Under the pieces are notes generated by a model. That model searched no databases. It was not told where the DNA came from and saw nothing but the letters and a program-made list of their open reading frames with translations. Shown here piece after piece: positions 1 to 14,243 of a DNA stretch of 64,000 bases; position 1 is the first letter of the stretch; the number at the start of each line of letters is the position of its first letter. Location of the stretch: the NCBI RefSeq assembly GCF_000002075.1, contig NW_004797368.1, positions 166,485 to 230,484 of the forward strand. Direction: 5' to 3'. Source of the stretch: Aplysia californica (Eukaryota). Made by a program: the position numbers and the translations under genes.

Positions 1-48
<48 letters not shown>

Positions 49-1255
49 GGAAAGGACAACACAGCCAAATTCTCCACAGTTTCCCCTGCTATCTCTTCTG
101 CCAACACTTTTTTTAAAAAATAGTTTTTTTCTTGATTTTTCTACATTGTATTTTTCTGCCCCGTGGATGGTTGAAGGGCGCCACTTGTTGTAGGTCCTAT
201 TTCTGTTCTTTCCCGTTGCTTCCGTCTGTCTCTATTGCTTTTTCCCCCCAGGACTAAATGACCGTTGCCGTGTCGTCAAACGATAATCGATCAAGCCCGC
301 CCCTTGTACGTCTCGGTCTGTCTCTTCTCCCCCCGCCCCCTCTCTAATCAAACCATCTCTAGAATTTACACCGACCCGTTTTGTGGTATTTACTATTGCC
401 CTACCCATCTTTGCTCTACTATATTCGCTTGTGGGCCTTATAACACTGTCTTTGAACTGTGCCGGGAACGTCTGGTACGACAGACGAAAGTGGTGATGTA
501 TTGGTCGACGTTTTATTTTCAGTGATGACGATGCGTATGTGGTCTGTTAATAGAATGTTCCAGAAAATGCCTCTTGGGGTGAGAGCTAGAAAAGGATAAA
601 GGATCGATGTTTTCCTCTGTGTTGCCACTTCTTGTGTCTCTTTGGGTGCTGTATATCTCCAAATTTGCTATCACACTCTTCCTATTTCATCTTAAGACTA
701 GCCTTGACTTCCTTTTTCGGTGGGCTGTGATTTCTTCCGTCTTTGCCCAGCTACCATTGTTGATTTCTGTTGATTGAGGTCTATGTGCTTCTTCGTCTTT
801 TAACTCTTTATCATCTTTATATGTTAGTGGAACATAATAGCTTCAATTTCTGTTACTTTAGTTTTGACATAAGTTTAGTCAAGAGTCTTTTGTTTTGGAG
901 TTAACCTTTTTATTTTACTTCTCTTTTTGACTAGTAAGCTTACGGGTTTCTTCTAGTGCATTGGCGAATTGTTGTTTGGAGTCACACTGTTTGTTTTTAA
1001 TTCTCTTTTTAAAAAGTAAGCTCACTGCATACTTCTAGTGTCTCAGAGAGTGTGATCTCTTTTACTTTGCGTCTGCAGTCTCAAGCGGTCAGGTTTTATC
1101 AGGCAAGAGGACCATTCTTTTCTTTTACTGGTACCTATGATGATATAAATCAGAAAGGAAGCAGAACCTCCTCGGTTTTACATGAATTTAAGAAAATATT
1201 GTGCTATGTTGTGTTACACATGTGTGATATTGCTTTGTTGTTGTTTTTTTCGCAG

Positions 1256-1393
1256 ACTTCGGCAGGCAGGCTTGAAGGGCCTCCAGGGAGTTGTGCGTAA
1301 GACAATCAGTGACGACCTGCAGGTGAACATTTGGGAGGCTGTCCACATGGACAAGATTGTGCCCTCGTTGCTCTACAACATGCAGGACCAAGG
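1256..1393 (+). CDS. EFR3: EFR3 exon (LRQAGLKGLQGVVRKTISDDLQ...NMQDQG)
   Basis: cgcag| ... |gtaag, 138 nt, phase 2-2. Confidence 0.93.
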
Positions 1394-1957
1394 GTAAGCT
1401 CTCCACGCTCTCCACTTCCACTCCCAGTGGGGACTCGGGGTTGTGTAGTGGTTTTGTTCTTTCCTGAGTTTATGGAACTAAATTTATTGTTTCAGTCTAC
1501 AATTTTGCTGATTCTGATCTGACAGAACATGTTATTTGGGTACAGATTTTTCCTACTCTCGGTGTAATTGAACCCTGTTGTGTTCTCCACTCTGTTTCTT
1601 TTTGTTTTACCTCTCTTGTTTCAGTTTATCTGTCTTACTTTTTCCCAGCACTAAATGATCATTGATCGTTATTGTGTCAATGTTCTTCTCTTTACGAATC
1701 AAAATCAAAATTCCAACTGGAACTAGTGCACCTGTGTGTATGCCCTCACTATGACAGGGAGTGATCTTGAAATGACCACTTTTTCTGCTTGTTGATTTCA
1801 GTTATAGCCCTAGCAGTGATGCAGACGACAGCCCACGAGAAGAAGAAGAGCCCTCGCACATGGCGGAGGTTGTGTTTCGTGACCTCATCTGCCGCGCCTC
1901 ATATGGAAACATCAAGTCTGTTTTGTCACCAGTGCTCATGTGAGGTTTTTTTCAGGC

Positions 1958-2014
<57 letters not shown>

Positions 2015-2455
2015 GGCAATGTTTAGGTGGGTGTGTGTCTTTTTGTCAAATATTTCTTGTACAGCGAATAGATCAATTGAAGCATTTGGAATTTGGGAGA
2101 AAAGCCTAGCATTTGAAAATGCATTGAGTAAGAAATTTTGATTTATGGCTTGTAAAAGTGATCTGATGGACTTAACTTTGAGAACCAACACTTACCAATA
2201 GCATCCCTCTACCTCCCATCTCTGTCTGAGGGAGAGATTTGTCTGTGTTTCCTGTAAGGCAATAGATAGATGGTAAATCTACTGTCATTTTCAGATATGC
2301 TTGTGTCTGTTCTTTTTTTTTTTTTTTTACTTTCTCTCAGTATTCTATGAATGGTATTTTTACCTACTAGTATTTTAACCTCTGTCAAAACAATTTGGCA
2401 GGTGGTTGGAGGGCGCCCCTGGTAGGTCCTACTTTTTTACTTTCTTTCCGTTGTT

Positions 2456-2486
<31 letters not shown>

Positions 2487-5400
2487 TTCTGTCTGTCTGT
2501 TTTACTTTTTCCCAGCCCAAAATTACCATTATTAGGTCGATGTGCTTCTGTTTACTCAAATAAACAAGCATCTTATTTTTTTTCACTTTCAGCCATCTGG
2601 ACAATCACAACCTGTGGGTCCCAAATGACTTCGCCATCAGAGTCTTCAAGATTATCATGTTCTCTGTACAGGTTTGTTCACTCGTTCACAAAGGGTAGTT
2701 CTTGAACAAAGCAGGGCCTTCTACCCACACCAGCGATATATGTAGGTCCAGAAACAAATGAGATTTCTTGAATACAGCAGTTTTGTCATAGGCAGAAGCT
2801 GTTAATACACTAGAGTTCATGTGCTCTTTATGCACTGCAGTTCATGCTAAATAGTGTTTAATTGTATGAAATCAAGATTTTCTATGGTCATACATGGACC
2901 ATATATCAGACAGGAGAATTTTTTTTAAATGCAGTAAAATAGAAAATGAAAAGTCTAGTTACCTGCCAAGAAAAGTCACCTGTCACTGTCACCTGTTACC
3001 ATGACTGTGTTCATCCATTGGTGGCCCACTCTTTGTCACAACAGGCATCCATCTTCTCTGGTCTCTGCTTTGATGTGTTATTTCATGAAATTGTAGATGA
3101 CTGTTGGATTTTATGCTTTCAATGTTTGATATGGGAGATTTTCCCTTATTTCTCTGTTTTTCTGTTTTTCTCTGTAGCACAGTTGTTGTTAGGTCTGTTT
3201 TTATGTTTTTATTTGGGGGACCAAGGTATCTGAATCTCCTTTTGTTTGTCTTAGAAAACAATCTACGCCATTTATCAAATTCTTTCAGGACATCTTCATT
3301 TGTTCTTTTATCTGTCTGGTTGGCAAGAAAAGTGGGATAATAAAATTTCGGTTGTGAAGGATAGTACCTCTGCCTGCTTAAGAATTCTGTCCTCTGTCAG
3401 AAGGTGGTTGCTGGGCAGCAGTGACAGGTGCTTCTTCTTCTCTTATCTCGGCTGTTTCTTTCTGTTCTTCTTGCGTTACTCAAGCATGAAATGGCTGTTA
3501 TTTTGTTGATATGGGTCTTTTTATTCAAACTTACAAAGCAAACATGACCCCCCCCTCTCTAGTACTAAGGCCTTCTCAGTCTATTCCGTGCCAACTATAG
3601 TTTTTGTCTGACCCACAGAGCCAGCACGGATACCTTGTGGTTCAGCAACTCTTGGCTCATGTAGACAAACACGCGCGCAGCGACCCGCGCATCAAGACGT
3701 GTATTGTCACTGTGCTTTATGAGGCTGTGCTCATCGCCGCCGGCAACTCCACTGGCCCGTCGGTGCTAGAAGTGTTCAACAACTTGTTGAGACATCTCCG
3801 CATCTCCATTGATAGAAAGAGCTCAGACGAAGAACAAAGAAATGAAGAGGTCAAGTTTGAAGAGGTCGTTGTAAACACTATTGGTGAGTGAGCTTTAGAA
3901 GAGAAAGTATTTCTGAAATGACATTGTGCTTGACTGATGCTGAGAAAAATACATTTAGTTCTCAAATCACAAAGTACAAGAGGGAAGATAAGAGAAAGTA
4001 GTTCAGTGATCACAAATTGCATATGTGATGGTGAGAGAAAAAATTTCTGAGATCACAAAGTGTTGAAGTCATGGTTTTATAAAGAAGTTGTGAAATCACA
4101 GTGGGCTTGATGTCTCCAGGTTCTAGGGAAAAGTGAATAGTTATAGGTTATAGGAAGTCAACACGAGGATAACCATGTATTTTTCACTCCAGGACAAGGT
4201 CGAGGGATACATGAATGGAGCAGTTGTAGTTTATTTTGAGTTAAAGTGATAATAGCCGTGCTCTCAGCAGGGTTAAGGTAAAGGGATTAGGGAGTATTGC
4301 ATTGTTGTTGAGTGTGGAGATATATTTACAGTGCACAGATGGCTCATTCTGTCTCCAGTTGGATTTTTTCCTTGTACTGGGAAATACACAGCATTGATTT
4401 ATGAATGAATACTTCTTCTGTATTTGGAAAGTTGGAAAGACGAATAAAATAGAAAGCAGTTTTTTGCACTAATAAGAACAGATTTTGTTAATGTACTTTT
4501 GCCATATAAATGTACACTGTCCTATTTTTCTCCAAGGTGAATTTGCCAACAACCTCCCAGACTACCAAAAGATCGAAATCATGATGTTTATCATGGGAAA
4601 GTTCCCGCAGTTCACAAATGAGGAAGAAATCGGGTGAGTGAATAAATGTTTTGGTATTGAAAGATTGGGTGAGTGAAAAAGAAATAGGGTAAATTTAAAA
4701 GAGAGAGGGTTTGTAAAAAAGTGATTGGATGAATGGAGAAGAGATTGGGTGAGAGGAGAAGAGATTAGGTGAGTGTAAAAGGGATTGCGTAAGCGAAGCA
4801 GTTGGGTGAGGGGAAAGAAAGTTAGCTGACTCCACATCACAACTCTACTGTTGGTGTCCCTAGGGACAGGTTGAATGTTTTTGACCCTCAGGGTTGGCTT
4901 TCCATGTTTGAGTTGCGTTGCTTTCTAAAGTTCTGTGGCGTTAACTGCTTCTGAATACTGTTTGTTTGAAGTTTGTGTCATGTGTAGGTCATCCAGGGTG
5001 TCCAGCTGATTTGTTTCCAAGCTACTCACCAGTTGTCTTTTCAGCTTGTCTTTGAATCAGGAGGGATTGCAACCTATCACTTACAACTTGCTGATCAGCA
5101 ACTATAATTTTCCTTTTTTCATGGAGGCAATGTGTAGCATGTGTCAAAACTTGAAGCTAACAGAAAGCTATTATGTGCTGCATGTATGCTTTCAGACTCA
5201 TTCTCGTAAGATATTGTAAGAATGGCATGGACTCTGAAGTAATGGGATTTTAAGTTTTTCTTGAGGAGTTAAGGATAACAGGGATGCTGTTAATTTGGGG
5301 GCTTTATTTCCTGCTATTTCTTTTATCGCTGTTGAAAAGAACTTTAATTGTTCTCAATGATTATTATCTAGATAACTTAAACTGCTTATTCGTTGTATCT

Positions 5401-8400
5401 CTTAACTTTTGTTTTGTTTGCAATTACACCTTCATAACTTATCAGTTATTCTTTTAAAAAAGTCCCAGTGGCATTTCTGTGGAAAAGATTAATTTGAAAG
5501 TATTGGTCAAATCATTTTGTCATTTTTAATATAGTAATGTCATCTTTATTTAGCAGCCTAGTCGTGTGTATGTTGTTAGTCTCTTGAAACACGTCTATTC
5601 TTCGACTCTTATTATATGACCTTATTTTGTAATGTTGCAAGTGCAGTAAAACACTTACTAAAACAAAACTCTATAGCAAAACCTCTTATCTCCAGCACTT
5701 ATAATATGACCTGCTGTATTGCAAGTGCTGTAATACTCTTATTAAATATAGACCTCTAGCTGGCATTATTCTACTAAGAACTGTCAGATGGTTCCAGAGT
5801 GCTGTTATTATGTTTGCAATGATGGCTGAGCATCGGTGGCCTAGTGGTTAGGCTCTCGGACTCGCAACCGTAAGGTCGTGGGTTCGAATCCCGTCAGGGG
5901 CTCGACGTTGTGTCCTTGGGAAAGGCACTTTACACGAATTTTCCTCACTTCACCCAGGTGGGAATGGGTACCCGGCTGTAGACAGCGAAAGATCTTGTCA
6001 GTTTGTTAGTGTTTGAGCGCTTAATCAGCTGCTTGTACTGTATGCTTCCCAGGAAGCTGAGAATGTTTCTGAGTGTTCTATGGTCTGCTGGGGTAATAAT
6101 ATAGTGTAAAGCGCATAGAGCCTGCTGTTGAGCGGGGATATGCGCTATATGAATGCTATCTATTATTATTATTATTATTATTATTATGTACACTCTGTAC
6201 GTTAAGAGAGTCGTTGTAGATTTGTGTAATATAATTATGGAGGGGGGGGGGGGGGGTGAGGATGCTCAATTTCTCTTCGTGGGTAGCCAAAGTGCCACTA
6301 ACATCGACAGAATGAGTTAATGAGTATTTCTGCTTTATTTTCTCCTTCAAGGTTCTCCGCAGAGAAAGTGTTCGACCCTGAGACCGTGATTAAGTAATTT
6401 ATGGCAGTTCTGCCTTGATTAACCTCGCCTCAACCATTACACGTTAACAACCCCCATACCCCTGCCCTACCTTACTGCCTCCTTCCACATGCACACAATG
6501 ATTTCATTGACCAGTGGCCATTGATTTGATGTACAATTCCCCTCCTGCTACCTCCACCATTTGTACTTTTGTCCTCGAAAGAAACAGAGAAGAGAAAAGA
6601 AAAAGAGGAAGTAGAAATTTTTTTTTTTAAAGAAAAAGCTTAATAAAAAAAATTGAACAAAGTAGTGGAACTTTTCCCAAGTTCATATCTTCGCTGTCGC
6701 AAGCAATAAATTTAAGTCCAGATTTTAATAATTTTCTGTTTTTACTCCCTCCCAAAGCTTTATCAAAGATGCACCTTTCAACGTCACCAAAATGCAGTTA
6801 AATGCTGTGATCAAAGGCTTACAATTTTCTTGCTTTTCATGATTTTTTTTTTTTTTCATGAACAGCACCACAAAAACTTTTTTTGTCTCTGATATTAAAA
6901 AGTACCCAAAAACTCTGAAATGGATTGCGTGCAACACTGACAATATCACATCCACATTGTTTTTGTCTGTGCACAGGTCGCAGCATCTGCTTTACCCTCC
7001 CTTGATGCCACCGTGTGCCTTACACCCCGAAGTGTTTCCTTTTTGTTCCTTCCACTCCTTTATCCCTTTGTTTTCTACCTCTAAAGTTGATAAGATTTAC
7101 ATGTTTTGCCAATGAAATAAGGCACTTGCTGAATGCACACATCTTAAGATTAAAAGAGTTGACAGCTATTATACACTTTGTGTCAGCCCAGGTAATGAAG
7201 CATTTGGCTCACTGTAATCGACTTTGATTGAAAGTTTGCTGACAGAACATAACCATGATTGGATGGCCAGTTTTTTTGTAGAAGTTACTTAAAGTGAAAC
7301 ATCAAAACGTTCGAGTTGTGAAGTTACACAAAAGAGGCCCCTCTATGTTGTGAAATAATGATGTATTAACTATTGCAGACTGTGCACACTGCGCTTGTTT
7401 TGTCCTTACTTTCCTCTTCAATATTTGAATTACTTATTTCACTCTACATTTTTCTTTCCTGTAGGAAACTAGACAAGCAACTTTCTGTCAACTTACTGAG
7501 GACTTTGCTCAAGGTAACTCACTCTGTTTTTATTCATTTTTTAATCAGAGAGTGATCTGTATGCATCATTTTGTCTGATTTCACATCTAGAGCTCCGACA
7601 ATAATTCAAAGATTTTAAAAAAAATAAATGATTCAAGCTTTTAATGCCATGCTCTCCCCTATTTGAATCATACTTGGAATTTACCACCTATCCAAGACTA
7701 CCACGTGTATAAACAACCATTGTCCACTGCTCTGTTCTTTTATTTATCAATCAACAGCCCACAAAACCTGTCCAAGGCAACCACACAAATCCCCAACAAC
7801 AACAACCAAAAAAAACCCAAACTTCCCTTTTTGCCCTTCCTCCAAAACAAAAAAAGAACATTTGTGAGGCCGCGTGGTGGAATCAGGCTCTCGTCAAAAT
7901 AATCAAAGTGAAGAAACTTGCATTTTCCCGCAGGTTTGTGAATTTTTATCAAATTTTTGTTTTTTGGCTCAACACCTTTCATGCCCATTAAAGAACTCAT
8001 TTCTGTGTGGATTTTTCTGAAAAACGTTGATTAAAGGCACAAAAAATGTTAATGTTCAGTTACCACAGATTCTTAAGCTAAGGAAATAACTAATCTTTGG
8101 CGGCCATTTTCTCTCTAACTTTACCACTGAAAACAGGTGACCCCCACCTCCTTCATTTGCAAATATCTCGACTTGTATTCAAGATAAATTGATATTTTTT
8201 TCATCCAAATAAAGGCAAGTGAACAAGCTTTAAGATGATACCAATAACTCCACGTGCCCAAAAATTGAGGAGCGCCTTATTCCACCACGATGCCTCACAT
8301 TTTACTGAACCTAATGGCAGTCCTAAACCTGCGACAGCCTCTGGTTTCGACCTCAGGAGCTTTTGTTTCCTTAATTTTTACCAGTTCTGCTTAAGACATC

Positions 8401-8929
8401 AACTTGTCTAAGACAATCATTGTCTCCTCAACAATGGATGGCCATCCTTTTATTCTTCTTCTTCTTCTCGATCGTATCACACCTGAAGTCCGGTATCTGT
8501 CATATATTGGGCCATCCTACTCAGTTCATCTGTCAGCCCGTACAGCTTCTCTTGTAGTGCCAGTGGGGGCCATCTTAGACAACTATCTGGTCTCATGTTC
8601 ATGTCAAAGTTGCAAATTCTAAAAACCCAAGACTTCACTTTTGCTGATAGGGTGGTTTTTAGAATTTGCAACTTTGACATGAACATGAGACCAGATAGTA
8701 AACAATTTGTCTAAATCTGACAGCAAAAGAACAGAGTTGTCTAAGATGGCTACTGTGGTTGTTCCACTGGGCAGGTCCTGGGCTGTCAGAACTAGTCCAG
8801 TTTATTGTGTGTGAAGGGGAACACATCTGTGTCAGTGCTCAGGGCTTAGTGGCAGGAAACATGGAGTTGTTTAGGTACAATGACTGACTGCTGTGCTGAC
8901 CACACTCATTTAAATATGTACATGCGCGT

Positions 8930-8967
<38 letters not shown>

Positions 8968-9150
8968 AGTCACTGCACTGACCAGGCACAAGCACATACA
9001 TACACACCATACGTGCACACACACTCATTTAGTCACTGCACTGACCACGCACAAGCACGTACATAGACACGCACCATACACACACACACCCATGCACACA
9101 CACACACATACACTTACTCACTGCACTGGCCAGGTACAAGCACATACACA

Positions 9151-9188
<38 letters not shown>

Positions 9189-9717
9189 GNNNNNNNNNNN
9201 NNNNNNNNNNNNNNNNNNNNNNNNNNNNNNNNNNNNNNNNNNNNNNNNNNNNNNNNNNNNNNNNNNNNNNNNNNNNNNNNNNNNNNNNNNNNNNNNNNNN
9301 NNNNNNNNNNNNNNNNNNNNNNNNNNNNNNNNNNNNNNNNNNNNNNNNNNNNNNNNNNNNNNNNNNNNNNNNNNNNNNNNNNNNNNNNNNNNNNNNNNNN
9401 NNNNNNNNNNNNNNNNNNNNNNNNNNNNNNNNNNNNNNNNNNNNNNNNNNNNNNNNNNNNNNNNNNNNNNNNNNNNNNNNNNNNNNNNNNNNNNNNNNNN
9501 NNNNNNNNNNNNNNNNNNNNNNNNNNNNNNNNNNNNNNNNNNNNNNNNNNNNNNNNNNNNNNNNNNNNNNNNNNNNNNNNNNNNNNNNNNNNNNNNNNNN
9601 NNNNNNNNNNNNNNNNNNNNNNNNNNNNNNNNNNNNNNNNNNNNNNNNNNNNNNNNNNNNNNNNNNNNNNNNNNNNNNNNNNNNNNNNNNNNNNNNNNNN
9701 NNNNNNNNNNNNNNNNN

Positions 9718-9753
<36 letters not shown>

Positions 9754-10342
9754 CACACGCACACACACTTAATCACTGCACTGACCACGCACACACACAT
9801 TCATACACTCTCACACACACTTGCACACACACACGCTCTCTCACACACTCGCCCACAGACACGCACACACACATACTCACATACCCTCTTTTACTCCATT
9901 GTGACGTGTTGGATGTGTCATCATCCTCCACCAGGTGGCCACCAAGTATAAGACAGTGCACCTGTCCCAGGCATTCCCCCCTGAGTTCCTCCACCCCCTG
10001 CTGCGCATCTCGCTGGTCGATGACCCTGGGATGAGACTCATAGTTCAGGAAATCCTGCACACGTTACTGGATCGCCATGGAAACTCGCAGAAATTGAGGC
10101 AAATTTTGTGAGTAGTCTGCAGAAAGAGGGACACTTTTTATATGCGTATGTATTTCTTAATAAATCTCTACATCTAGTAACTAAGTTGATCACATTGTTT
10201 AGATAGTGCTGTTAAACAACTTTTTAAACAAACTTGTCACAAAATGTTATTCTCTGAATTGAAAAGATTGAGTTTCTTTTCTTTTGTCTTTTTCAAATTG
10301 ACATACTGCCTTGAGTTAACAGGTGGTTGGAGGATGCCATGG

Positions 10343-10390
<48 letters not shown>

Positions 10391-11272
10391 TTACCCTAAG
10401 TGACTGTAATTGTATCAATGTGCTTCTTTTTACTCAATAAACCTTGAGATTTTGCATACGCAAACAGACTGACCAGAGTGTAAATGTCTGGTTGTTTTCT
10501 ATTTCATTTGTACACAGAATCCCCAAGGACATCGGGAGTCTGCATCTGTCGATCAAAATGGACTCAAGGCTTGACCTGCTCTTTATGAAAAAGGTCAGTA
10601 GAGTTAATGGGCCTGTGGTCTGCTCAGAGTGTCCTTTATGTTGTGTAGTATTTATAGTGGTGTCAATGCAGTATTTCTGTGCATTTGTGTTTGTGTGTGT
10701 ATGTGTTTGTGTACATGCCCCAATTGTGATTAAATGCATCGTTTCTGTGTGTGTGTNNNNNNNNNNNNNNNNNNNNNNNNNNNNNNNNNNNNNNNNNNNN
10801 NNNNNNNNNNNNNNNNNNNNNNNNNNNNNNNNNNNNNNNNNNNNNNNNNNNNNNNNNNNNNNNNNNNNNNNNNNNNNNNNNNNNNNNNNNNNNNNNNNNN
10901 NNNNNNNNNNNNNNNNNNNNNNNNNNNNNNNNNNNNNNNNNNNNNNNNNNNNNNNNNNNNNNNNNNNNNNNNNNNNNNNNNNNNNNNNNNNNNNNNNNNN
11001 NNNNNNNNNNNNNNNNNNNNNNNNNNNNNNNNNNNNNNNNNNNNNNNNNNNNNNNNNNNNNNNNNNNNNNNNNNNNNNNNNNNNNNNNNNNNNNNNNNNN
11101 NNNNNNNNNNNNNNNNNNNNNNNNNNNNNNNNNNNNNNNNNNNNNNNNNNNNNNNNNNNNNNNNNNNNNNNNNNNNNNNNNNNNNNNNNNNNNNNNNNNN
11201 NNNNNNNNNNNNNNNCGATGGACATGTCCGGAGTGCAGGGATGTTGCTTCCTGAAACAAGAACAAGAACAAG

Positions 11273-11306
<34 letters not shown>

Positions 11307-14190
11307 ATGTGTGCGTGCCACAATTGTAATCAAGTGCAGCGTTTCTGTGTGTGTGTGTGTTTGGTCAGCACAGTTACTGTGTGTATATCTGTGATCAGTA
11401 TCATGACTGGGTTCTGTTTTCTACCCCAGAGTGGTATGCAGCTGTATTGGCACATTCTGGAAAACTTGCAGCTGGAATCGAACCGGGTAGACAACTTTGA
11501 GGCTATCTACTGCACCATGTGTCTCCTGTGTCTGGAGGTGGGACAAGATGAGGTCATCATAGAGTTGCTTCGTCTGGCACTGGACATACAGGTGAGGAGG
11601 ACATGCAAGATAAGAGAAGGACTGTTTTTTTAAGTTTTAGTAGAGGTTTTATGGCGCTCGCAATTGAATAAAGGTAATATGTATGCCAGAAGATTAGGGG
11701 TGTTACAAGAGAGTAACAAACATAAAAAAGAAGAAGGGGTGATAAGGACGATAGATGTTTGATAGGAAAGAAGGAGCAAACCACACCAGAGCACCTGCCA
11801 GCCACCCATGAAGGACTGTGATACACAAGTGAGGTGGCATAAGATTGATGGAATATGTAGTTGAGTGGAGATACAGAGATTTACAAGTGAGGAGAAAGAC
11901 AGGGATGTTCAGATGAGGCGACCAAGGGGTGAAGGAAAATGATATTCTGTACAAGCAAATGAGGCAGGGGTAGGCCCAGTGCAGCTTACTCGGAGAGCCT
12001 AAACAGATGGGTGACAGAGAAAGATCAGAGTAATGTAGCTTTTTTTAAGAGCAAGGAATAGGGATCCATGATCGCCAGTGTCTGTCGCAGACCTGTCATT
12101 TGATGATGATGATGTACAGGTGAGGGGAAATACAGATAAAGGTAAATACATGGGTATTCAGGTGAAGGGAAGGACAGGGACATATAGGTAAGGGAAAGAC
12201 AAGGACGTACAGGTGACTAGACATACACGTGAGGGGAAGACTGGTGAAAGTGCAAGGACAGTCAGTGGAAAGGAAAGATGAAGACGGACATACAGGTGGG
12301 GGGGAGGAGGAGAGGAACACATAAATAAGGGGAAATACAAGGTATACGAGTCGTAGGTAGAGCAGTGATGTACACCCAAACCTCTTTTCTTTTCCTCTGT
12401 TGTTTCTGTCTGTCTGTCTGACTTTTTCCATGCATTAAATGATGGTTATTGTGTAGATGTAAGCTACTTCTTTTTACTCAAACAAACAAACAAACCCTTT
12501 CTCTACAGCAAATGGCCCTGAACAACTCTGGTCTGCCCCGGACACACCTGTGTGCCATCCACAGTCTGGTGGCTGCCTTCCTCAACCTCCTGGCCCAGGT
12601 CACAAATGTGGGCTCTCTCTCTCATTNNNNNNNNNNNNNNNNNNNNNNNNNNNNNNNNNNNNNNNNNNNNNNNNNNNNNNNNNNNNNNNNNNNNNNNNNN
12701 NNNNNNNNNNNNNNNNNNNNNNNNNNNNNNNNNNNNNNNNNNNNNNNNNNNNNNNNNNNNNNNNNNNNNNNNNNNNNNNNNNNNNNNNNNTATTCACTCT
12801 CTCACTGCTTGCTACTTATGATTTAGTTTTTAAAAATGAATGCACCAAAAGTTTTCTTTTTCTTAAGTATTGTATATTTAACTTTTTTGGATGTTGTAAA
12901 AGGTTATGTTTCTTAAATGTTTGTTATAGTTATATAATTTTTATTTTGAGGTTTGTAAGCCCTGAAAAAACAAAACAATGTTTAGGCGTATTGTTGATTG
13001 TCTTGGTTCAAAGTCCAGATTTTGTCTTTATTATTGTAGTATCATAGTAATTGTGGATATTCCTATAAAAGGGTTACCGTACAAATGCAGATATTTATGT
13101 AAAATGTGTGGGTGGTTCCAGGCCACTAGTGACAACTTCTTCATAGCCAGTTTGGGGGTAGTTGGAGGGTGCCTCTGGTATGTCCTACTTCTGTTCTCTC
13201 CCACTAGTGTCCCTGTCTGTCTGTTTGTTTTTATTCCTCTAAATGACCATTATTGTTCTGATGTGCTTCTCTCTACTCGGTGGGTGGTTGGCGGGTGCTC
13301 TGGTGTGGTTTGCTTCTTTTTTCCTATCAAACTTCTATCATCCTTATCTCCCCTTCTTCTTTTTTATGTTTGTTACTCTCTTGTAACACCTCTATTCTTG
13401 TGGCTCTCATATGACCTTATGCAGTTGCGAGCGCCGTAAAACCTCTACTAAAACTAAAACTCTCTCTACTCGAACAAACAAACAAAACATCACTGCCCTT
13501 CTGTTGTTTCAGTCTTTCTTGCTGTTTTTTCTTGCTTGTCCCAACAGTTAAGTACGATATATACTTGCCTATAATACGAGCAATTTTTCTAAAACACGAG
13601 ATCCTAAAGTATACCCTATGTATTGTAAGCATGACATGCAGCCAAGATTGGACCCAGGAAAGGGGTAATGTGGATACTTCATTTAAATTGCTGCTGATTT
13701 ATTTGTAAAAATCTGGGTGTTGCAACACATCATGGCATCTTGCGCTTTCTTGGAATATCTGCCACTCCAGCTTTACAAATTAACCCAATCTCAAGGAAAC
13801 AATCAACAGTTCTTTGGGATGAAACACTATATTTGAGGCTGGAATAGTATTTGATTTAAGGCATGATGAGTCTAACTAGCAAGTTAGAAATTGACCCCGT
13901 ATTATAGGCATAGGCTAATTTTGGAGTCAAAGTATACCTCGTGTATTATACATGAGTTCATGTTGTAGGCGAGCACATACAGTAATTAATTAATGTGGTG
14001 TCAGTGAGCTCCTGTTCATCTCAAACTCAGCCTGTAAATTGTTATTCATGTGCCATCCTTGTGACACAGGTCTTGGAGAATAGGGAGCTGGAGGGTAAGC
14101 ATCTCCTGCCAGACTTTGCCTTCAACCGATCCAACCGGCCACACAGGTGGGTGCCTTTCAGGATTTTCTGTACGCATAAATACATACACA

Positions 14191-14243
<53 letters not shown>

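Noticed and set aside
5824-5900. Possible tRNA gene
   Set aside because: It has A/B boxes but no proper acceptor stem, and it continues into SINE body and tail.
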